A DNA stretch of 64,000 bases from Octopus sinensis (Eukaryota). Below are positions 54,961 to 64,000 of this stretch, in pieces. The stretch is from positions 38,812,001 to 38,876,000 of the forward strand of contig NC_043013.1 of the NCBI RefSeq assembly GCF_006345805.1, given 5' to 3'. Below the pieces are notes generated by a model. The model was not told the DNA's origin, made no database searches, and was given only the letters and a program-made list of their open reading frames with translations. The translations under genes and the position numbers were made by a program. Positions within the stretch are counted from its first letter, which is position 1, and every line of letters begins with the position of its first letter.

Positions 54961-55403
54961 GGGATCTTTTCGGTTTGAACGGCAGTTTTTTTTTATAATT
55001 TCCACGTAACTAAACACTTTTAAACTTCGTATACTGGTAGAATGTGTTTATAAAACATCTTTTTCTCTTGGCTTTATTGAGAAAATTCCATAGTTTGTAA
55101 GATATTTGTTGTTTTTTTTCTTCAATTTCTGCAATTTCAACCAATCAATGGCGTCTATTTTAGGTGAAAACATTCTGTGCCGTATGAATATGTCTCTCGT
55201 TTAAGAAACAGATTGGGTTTATTTACATTTGTGAAGAAAAAAAGATACCCTTCCCCCACCCCTAATCCAAACCATAACCCTAACAAACCCTAACCCTAAA
55301 ACAGATTGAAATGCAATAGATCGATACTAGGGTCATAATTATGGGTGACAATTTCATATGACACCGCTAGAAAAAAAACTGCCGTTCAAACCGAAAAGAT
55401 CCC
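54961..55403. mobile_element. MITE with perfect TIRs of about 33 bp and internal CCCTAA-like repeats
   Basis: GGGATCTTTTCGGTTTGAACGGCAGTTTTTTTT and AAAAAAAACTGCCGTTCAAACCGAAAAGATCCC. Confidence 0.85.
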
Positions 55404-55940
55404 AACTATGTATCCATTTGTATTAAAAGATATTTAACAGATTTTGAGGAAGCGAAGAGTAACAACTATATGCTCCTCAGGTGAATTGCCCAGAAAATAT
55501 ATTTTTACATTTAGTTATTTACCCTTCCATTTAAAACGACAGGAATACAATCATTCATACGTCCCATGTAGTCTTAATGTTAAATCCAGTGTGTCTTATA
55601 CTTCTTGACCTGGTCAAACAACATCTTCGCACACGAAACAAATATTTTAAATTATTTAACCGGCAAATTATAAGAGATTTGATAATATTTAATGACTAAT
55701 ATGGGCGTCACCGTCGCAGAAAAGTAAGCGCCCAAAAAAACCAACAAATAAAACAAGTACCAGAAACCAATTATATGGACAGGTAAACGAATTAAAATCT
55801 GTATAGCAGGACAGATAACTACGATTTTAAATAGGAAGAGTTGTGTCCCTTAAGTAATTTATGCTTGACCGATTCACTAGCGTTCCAAGTTACAGTGTTA
55901 GTCAGTGGTTCTCTCTTTCTCTCTCTCTCACTCTCTCTCA

Positions 55941-55983
<43 letters not shown>

Positions 55984-55987
<4 letters not shown>

Positions 55988-58900
55988 GCTGTTGCAGCAG
56001 GGTTTTGCTGTTCTTTCCCCCTTGTTTCAAGGGGGAAGCGACGAAAAACATGAATTTGTCACCAATTTCTTCCGAGTCGGAGGAAAATTTGAAAATTTGT
56101 TTGAAAGCATGAAGGCGAATATGTGGGCGGAGGAAGGTGAAAGTAAAGAGGCGTCTTACGCGCGCGTTACAAAAGCAGACGACAAGATGTCTGGCGAAGC
56201 TACTACACAACAGGAAAAGTCAAAAATAAATTTTACGAGTGCAGCAACTCGCCCCTGTGATATAGTTATTAACAAAGAAGAATTAAAGAATTACCAAGGT
56301 TTACTAAAAAAAGAAGGTGATAATGTGAAGTTGCTCCCTCCCAGTGAATTAATTTACGCGACGGAGAGAAAGATGGTAATATACAAAACATATCATGTGA
56401 AAAATAGGAAAATTGACTTCGTGCCGAGGGAAGCCATAGAAAAATGCTTGAGGCCGATATGGCAACAAACAAGTTATATAACGACGGGTAGTCGCTTCGG
56501 CACTGTAGAGGTGCGTTTCCCTAGCGAAGAAAAAGCTAGGGAACATTCAACAAGGACATTGAAGTCGGAAGATGTAGTTCTCCTCCCGACTTATTTAGGA
56601 AAGAGAACTTCGAAAATAATGGTCACGGATATTCCACCCGAAATAGATGTGGCCTTTGTCATAGCCGCTATTCTCTTAGGCAAAGAGGAAGAAATTGCCA
56701 TTCTTCAGTCTAAGAGATATCGCCACATGAACTAGTTTGGACAAGATTTAGAGCTTGTGTTCCAAGCAAACCCCTCAGACTTAGAAAAATTGCCCAGTTC
56801 CCTCACAATTGGAGAAAATACCAGTATGATGGTAGTAGTCGAGGGGAGAAAGCCCAGGTGTTACAAATGTGGCGAGAAAGGCCACATAAGGTCGAGCTGT
56901 AAGAAGAAGACAGCCAAAGAAAATGTTGCAGAAGAGGCAAGCACGACGCTGAAGACAACAACCACACCGCTAGAAATAGCAGCCACGTCGCGCACCCCAA
57001 TTGCCGAAGTTCAGCCGATAGCGGGAGAAAACAACAACAACAACAACAAAGACGACGACAACATCAACAACAACATCCAGGAGTGGGTCACCGTAGAACC
57101 TTCAAAAAGAAGACGGAAGCGGAAAAACCTGCCCTCTTCGGATACACAGGACTATGCTCCGAGACAGACAAGCACACCCACACCCACAAATACAGTCACA
57201 AACACACACGTAGCCAAAAAACACACACACTGGAAAAAGCACACACAAACACATACACACACCTACCACAAGCACACACACACCTACAAACACCCACGCT
57301 TCTACAAGCACATACACCCCCACAAGCACACACACACACACACACATCCACAATCGCCTAACATAAAGAAAAGAAACACCTTCATGGTGATAAATAAAAA
57401 TAATAAACTATTAAGAGAAAAAATTATTTTAATGAAATCGGCGAAAAAATATATCGCAACAGGTGTAAATAATACTATTTCTGAAAATGTCGAATTTTAT
57501 ACTATAGATAACTCTCACTATTTTGAACTAAAAAAATCTTTTGCGGAGTACGTCGGCCCGTTACAGATGAACTTTTCGAGCCATCTGTACAGGCAATTCG
57601 CGAAAAAAATGACCTCGCAAAACACAACACTCACAGACAGAAAAGAGGAGGGTGAAACTACACCCTCTCTTCCGTTAAAACAGTAAGTTTTAAACATTCG
57701 ACTAATTTTTCACATTCTCGTTTAAACTTGGTTGTATAAATATTCGCGGCCTGGGGTCGTATTGGAAGCAAGGCTACCTCCTTAACGACCTTAGGTCGCA
57801 TCGTTTGGATGTAGTGGTAATTACCGAATCCAGACTGAGTGGGCTGCAGGCTTTTTTGCCCCTTCTAAACGGCTACGAGAAATACGTTTCTCCCTGTCGA
57901 CCTGGAGGGGGCGGAGGAGTGGCAGTGCTGGTCAGGAAAACCCTAGATTTAGAGATTAGAACTGTCTTTATAGATCCGGAAGGCAGGTTGGTCGTTTTGG
58001 GTGTGACGCACAGCAGTGGGAAAATGTTCAGGCTGGTCGCTGTCTATGCTCCCCGCGAAGGAAAAGCCGGGCAGAAAGAGTACTTCAAAAGCCTAGAGAA
58101 TTTTCTTGGCACGTCGAACACGTTAGTATTGCTAGGTGACTTCAACATGATTTGCGATGCACGCGTACATTATGTTGGCTCGAGAAAGAATAGGAGGGGA
58201 TTACCTCACCTCAACGATCTGCTAAGTCGTTTCGAGTTGGCAGATCGATTCAGACTGGACCACCCAGACACTCCAGTGTGGACCTGGGCAAGAAACGACG
58301 GGTCGTCCAGATCTTACATAGATAGAATCATAACTAGAAGGAAAGATAAGAATATACTTAGCTGTCCACAACACCATATCGTCAGCTACAGCGATCACAA
58401 ATTAGTGACCTGTACGCGCGACATAGATAGCATGTGTAGACGAGGTACCGGTTACTAGAAGCTAAACAAGTCACTATTGGACTGTGAAGCCTACAAGAAT
58501 CGGATTAAACAATTAGTAATGAGACGTTAACCGGATCCATTATCAACAACAAATGGTGGTACGCCCTGAAAAGAGCCATCAAATTTGAGTCAATTAGGTT
58601 TAGCAAAGAACTAGCTAGTGCTAGAAACAAAGTAGAAAAGGAACTAGTTAAGGCAATAGATGAGGCAATGAGGTCAGGCAGTGCATCGAAAGTGTTAGCA
58701 GCGAGGTTGGCACTCGACCAACATCTCAAAGCTAAACATGAAAGGTGCATTGTCAGGGCTAAGATCCGTGCAATGAGACAGGAAGGGGTCAACGCAGCCG
58801 GATGGGCCCGAGTGGTAGAGGGCCAGCGTGGCAACAACTCAACCATTCGATCTTTGACGGGCCCAAATGGTGGATTAGTAAACGAACCCGAGAAGATGTG

Positions 58901-61323
58901 CAAAGTGTTTCACGATCATTTCGCCCACCTATTCGGGAGAAGCGGCGTACTGGAGCGCGGGGAGAAGCTCGCAAACTTCCTAGCCGGTTCGCCGCGTCTA
59001 TCGAGGCCGGACACGAAATCTTGTGAGGCGCCGATCACAGCCAAAGAAGTCGAGGATATGTTGGCAGACTGCGGCGGGGACAAATCGTTGGGACTCGATG
59101 GTCTGCCTTACGAACTCTATATTGGCATGCCAGACTTGTTTGGGCACCTACTTGCATGCGTGTACACCAACTGGCAGCAGAACGGGAGAATCCCTAAGTC
59201 TGTGAGCCGAGGGGTGGTAGCGCTGTTAAGAAAGGACCCAAACAAGGGGGATTTAATTGATAATTTTCGGCCTATCACTCTGCTTAACGCAGAGTTGAAG
59301 ATTTTGGCCAAGGTCTTAGCAAAAAGGTTGGCGCGGGTCGTGGGTGAACTTGTTGGCGAGCCGCAAACTTGCGCCATCCCTGGAAGGACCATCCACGACA
59401 ATTTCCACTTTCTACGCTATGTCTTAGAAAGGGTAAATAGGATTCCTGGCAAGGGTGGGGCTATGGTCCACTTGGACCAATCGAAAGCGTTTGATAGGGT
59501 GGACCATCAGTATCTGGCGGCGGTCCTCACGGCGGCTGGCTTCGGCACGACCTTCCGCAGATGGATCATCGCTTTATACAGCAACATCGAATCGGTAGTT
59601 CGGGTAAATGGTTTCCTTTCGGAGCCGTTCAGCATTGAACGTTCGGTACGTCAAGGGTGTCCTCTCTCCCCGCTTCTCTACGTTTTGGCCCTCGAGCCGT
59701 TGCTGAGGAGGTTGGAAACTATGAGAGGCACTCCGCAAGATCTAGGGTGCGGAAAGTCAGCTTCGGCGTATGCGGACGACATCACCGTCATCGTTTCCCG
59801 AGTTGAGCACCTACAGTGGGTGGGTGAGGCCTTAAGGGACTACGAAGCGGTGGCAGGAGCGAAAGTCAACCGGGATAAATCGGTCGGCTTGCAACTCGGC
59901 ACCTGGAGGGGCAAGTCGATGTCTTCCGATAGCGTCGTAGGACGTTAGACGGAAGTACCGGTGAAAATGCTTGGAATCTGGTTAGGTCCAGATCTCCAGA
60001 TAGAGAAGAACTGGAGCGCGGTGGCGAGAAAGGTGGCTCTCCTAACTCAGACATGGTCTGAGCGAAAGCTGTCCATGAAAGGGAGGGCAGAGGTTGCAGA
60101 GGTGTTTATCGCCTCTGTAATCACTTACCGCCTGACCGTCGTGCCTTGCCCCGATTCGTGGCTGAACAAACTGGAACGCATGCTCTTTCGCTTTTTGTGG
60201 AGGGGCAGCAGACCTCTTGTAAGGTGCTCTATTTGCTGCCAAAAGCCGCTGAAGGGTGGGTTAGGGATGCCGTGGCTAAAAATGCGCAGACATGCGCTCA
60301 GGCTTAGGCACCTCTGGATTTACCTGGACGGTGAGCAGGTGTGGTCTCCGTTCGTCAATCTGTTATTTCCACAGTTCACACCGTTTAACGAACTGAACCC
60401 GAGGTTGGGCATGTGGCATGCAGAGTGCTATCAGGCACTCGTGCTTCTCTCCCAGTCGGGCAACGCCGGTGGCGGGGGTACTACCTCGTTCTTCTATAGA
60501 GGGTTAGTAGAGTTTAAGTGTGACGACGTCCTGTGAGAAACCCTGTGCGTCGACGAAAATCAACTGGCCAGCCTGTTCCAAAGAACATTCGGTCCGGGGC
60601 CTATGGATAATTACCAAAAGTTCCTGGCCTGGCAATGTTACAGAGGAGCTTTACCGTTTCGAGATAAGCTCTTTAGACATGGGTGTGCACCTTCGACGGT
60701 TTGTGCAAGATGTGAGAGGGACAGTGAAACTGTCGTGCACGTGATTGTGCAATGCCCCAAGGTGACTGAACTCTGGGCTTATGTCGAACACCTGCTGTCG
60801 CATTCGAGAAGAGTACAACTATCGAGCGAATCTGTAATTAAGATAGTTCCGCCGACCTCCCTGAATAGGGAGGAGCAAGCCTGTTTTCTCTCGGTATTTG
60901 CTATGGCGAAAGAAGTAGTATGGAAGACGAGAGTAAAAGGAATTGCAACAGGCATGTTTATATCCAGTCTCGAGCTAATCGACTTTTTCGTTTTCCACAT
61001 GAAACAGAAAATAAGGCTGGAGAAGAAATGCCTGTCGCAAAGTGTGTTTCGTAAAAGATGGAAGTCTATAGCAAGTATGCTGTGAGTGAAAGAACCTGTT
61101 TAATGGAGAATGTAAAAAAGGAGAAAGCAAAGTCTTCAGTGCGAGTATGTGGTTTGTGGGGTCAACCGCGTCCTCCGCTTCATTTTTTGTTATTCACTCA
61201 TTCTCATTTAATTGTATATATTTTAATTGTTTGTTTATTCATACGTTTCGTTTCATTCGATACCCTGACCCCAACGTTTGTTTGTCTCCTCTTTTTCTCA
61301 ATCTTATGGTGAATAAAGAAATA
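55984..61323 (+). mobile_element. Near-full-length decayed Tx1/L1-clade LINE (copy 2, different subfamily) flanked by (TC)n
   Basis: ORF1 at about 56110-57686 (stop at 56735; CYKCGEKGHIRSSC knuckle); ORF2 at about 57720-61085 (APE GDFN/SDH, RT QGCPLSP/YADD, CARCERDSETVVHVIVQC) with several stops; ends AATAAAGAAATA. Confidence 0.93.
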
Positions 61324-61398
61324 CTCTCGCTCGCTCTCTCTACATATATATATATATATTATATATATTATATTATATATATATATATATAATATATA

Positions 61399-61441
<43 letters not shown>

Positions 61442-61480
61442 ATATATGTGTGTGTGTGTGGTGTGTGTGTGTGTGTATGT

Positions 61481-61540
<60 letters not shown>

Positions 61541-62034
61541 TTCCCAACGTGGGGCATGGTAATATTTTGGTTAGGCATGCGCAGGGTTATGTTGAATTTA
61601 TACCTTTTGTACACAATGTTTAGTATACCCCTTAGAGAAAGGGGTAATTCGAGAATGAGTTATGTAAATTCTTTACATCCCTTCTGTGGACAGTTTTATC
61701 AGTTTTGACAGTTTAGAGACAACAGGTCATTTTCGTATGTATTAAGAATAATAAAAGGACAAGAAAAGAATGAAGACCGCAATATTATGTAAATAGAGGA
61801 ATTTATATGTGTGTGTGTATGTGTGTGTGTGTGTGTATAATAAAGGACAATCAGTAAGTTGTCATAATAGAACTCAGAGTTTCAAATACCAGAGCTAAAA
61901 GCTTCTAGGTATTTTCCTCAACTACTAGACGATATGAAAAAAAAATGCATATATACATATATGTGACCTTGTGAGCACCGCCAGCAATTTTTTTTTCCTC
62001 TGTCTTCCCTTCTCGGGATCTTTCCTTCACCTTT

Positions 62035-62069
62035 GTTTCCGACGAAGAGCTCCGCTCGAAACGTTAAAC
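62035..62069 (+). ncRNA. Minimal hammerhead motif (U4C variant) in a TA-flanked element of about 200 bp
   Basis: GUUU-CCGACGA-A-GAGC-UCC-GCUC-GAAA-CG-UU-AAAC. Confidence 0.7.
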
Positions 62070-62169
62070 CCTCCTTCTTCCCTTCTTTCCTGAGCATCCA
62101 ATAATACTTTATTTGTTCCACGTCCTCGCGTTGCTGTGTTTTTTTTTGTGTGTGTTTTCTTATTTGGAT

Positions 62170-62258
<89 letters not shown>

Positions 62259-62441
62259 ATATATATATATTTATGCACACATATATCTATATACATCTAT
62301 ATGTATATATACACATTTATATATACATATATATATACACACATATATACATATATACATACACACACACACACATACAGTTATGCACACATATATATAA
62401 TGATTCATACCGAAGACGAAGTGTAACTAAAAGCTTTATTA

Positions 62442-62545
62442 CCACTTCAATCGTTTCGGCTCCGTTCTGTACTGCTCCCTTGTGGGTGTTTGTCGATGTA
62501 ATGATATCAGATGCAAAATACAGTGAAGCGAGCCTCATCAGGTGA
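62442..62545 (-). ncRNA. Degenerate hammerhead with extended stem II
   Basis: UCAC-CUGAUGA-GGCUC...GAGCC-GAAA-CGAUUG-AA-GUGG; cleavage triplet mutated to GAA. Confidence 0.6.
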
Positions 62546-62825
62546 CCTAACATGCTTCAAAAGATTTACATATCGTTTTCGCTCCAAGATTACACGCCGA
62601 TAGTGAGTTGCTAGCAGTTTATACACATTTTGGTAAAGGGAGGAAGTGGTAGAGTCAGGAAGTGGTTCATAAAAAAATAAGGAATATATATATGTAAAAA
62701 AATAAAGAATTTAAGGCATATGGGGAAGGGGGGCATAGAGTTTTCGTCAAGAAGTGTTTACTAAAAATGTAATAAAGATACAAAAGAATTTACACAACGT
62801 AAATGGTGTGCATGCGCGTGTGTGT

Positions 62826-62885
<60 letters not shown>

Positions 62886-63381
62886 GTGGAAACCTTTGCT
62901 GACTGGTTGCTGACACACGACGGCGTGCTCAAGAATTTTGGTGGGGGTTTAATTCCCGTCTTTAGACTTTATGACTGTCTACACCGACACACACACACAC
63001 ACACACACGTATATATACACACCTGCGTGTGGACGAATACATGCATACACGCACACTTCCACACGCAACACATATATATTTATACATCTACACGGGCACA
63101 CACACCCCACCTCCTCATCCTGTCAATTCACAGCTGCGCTTATATTGGCACATGCAAGTCCGCACCGATATATACGCGAACATAGACTCACTTATATACG
63201 CACTCGGTGTATGTATATATACGCATCTATCAATATTTACACTTACACTGAAACCTACACATATGAGTATGCGCATGTGCGCGCACACAAACACACTCTT
63301 ATATATGATTGTGTATATATATATATATATATATAGATATATATATATATATAATATAATATATATATATATATATATATT

Positions 63382-63854
63382 ATATAAAAGGGCTTAGTAA
63401 AAAAATACTTTGCCGCATAAAACTCATTAGAAATAGCAGCCAAAAACTTTTTTAAAGCTATTTCTAATACTTAAGAAAATCTCTCTCATATATAGTGTTT
63501 GCTTAATTCACTCACAAAGTTTGGGGGTAAGGACATCGAAAAATCAAATGCTAAGTTATTCGAGAACGTACGTTTCAAGATTAGTCAAAACACATTTCTA
63601 TCATCGGCTCAGAAATTTCTGAGCCGATGATAGAAATGTTGTTTGACTAATCTTGAAACGTACGTTCTCGAATAACCTTAGCATTTGATTTTTCGATGTC
63701 CTTACCCCCAAACTTTGTGAGTTGAATTAAGCAAACCTATATATGAGAGAGATTTTCTTTAAGTATTAAAATAGCTTTAAAAAGTTTTTTGGCTGCTATT
63801 TCTAATGAGTTCAGTATGCGGCAAAGTAATTTATTTTACTAAGCCCTTTTATAT
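63382..63854. repeat. Spacerless palindrome of about 470 bp with a hammerhead on each arm
   Basis: Centre AGAAATTTCT (63611-63620); arms differ mainly by small indels; (TA)n on the left flank. Confidence 0.92.
63621..63669 (+). ncRNA. Minimal type I hammerhead (U4C variant); mirror copy at 63562-63610 (minus)
   Basis: GAG-CCGAUGA-U-AGA...UCU-U-GAAA-CGUACG-UU-CUC. Confidence 0.75.
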
Positions 63855-64000
63855 TAATGTAATAATTTGAATTTGCCTTGAATGGTCCCTTTGCATACTG
63901 AACACTGGTGAAATTGATTAATAATTAATTAATTTTGCCCTCAATTGTTAAATATATATCTATTATATATATATAACACAACAATACGAATATGTATATA

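Noticed and set aside
55260-55298. True telomere or fusion site
   Set aside because: Only a few degenerate units, located inside a TIR element
55905-56109. N-terminal extension of LINE ORF1 (SLSLSL)
   Set aside because: Translation of the flanking (TC)n and 5' UTR; the likely start is ATG 56110

Overview
AT-rich, microsatellite-dense animal genomic DNA. The tRNA-derived SINE families suggest an octopus or other cephalopod (inference). There is one clear host gene: a secreted or membrane-anchored three-domain multicopper oxidase (laccase-like, main exon about 31279-33262, probable hydrophobic last exon 36989-37086) with a diverged partial paralogue inside its intron. The rest is mostly mobile DNA: two near-full-length decayed Tx1/L1-type LINEs, R4/Dong-like RLE retroelements in (TAA)n, Penelope-like (GIY-YIG) elements, non-autonomous Helitrons, a Tc1/mariner remnant, a MITE and many SINEs. 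The most notable unannotated signal is about 14 minimal type I hammerhead-ribozyme motifs with palindromic stem III. Eight of them are paired on opposite strands in four head-to-head foldbacks (13.4-16.0, 45.9-46.3, 52.3-52.8 and 63.4-63.9 kb). Retroelement classes also appear partitioned by microsatellite type. All calls were made by eye; no database search or folding program was run.
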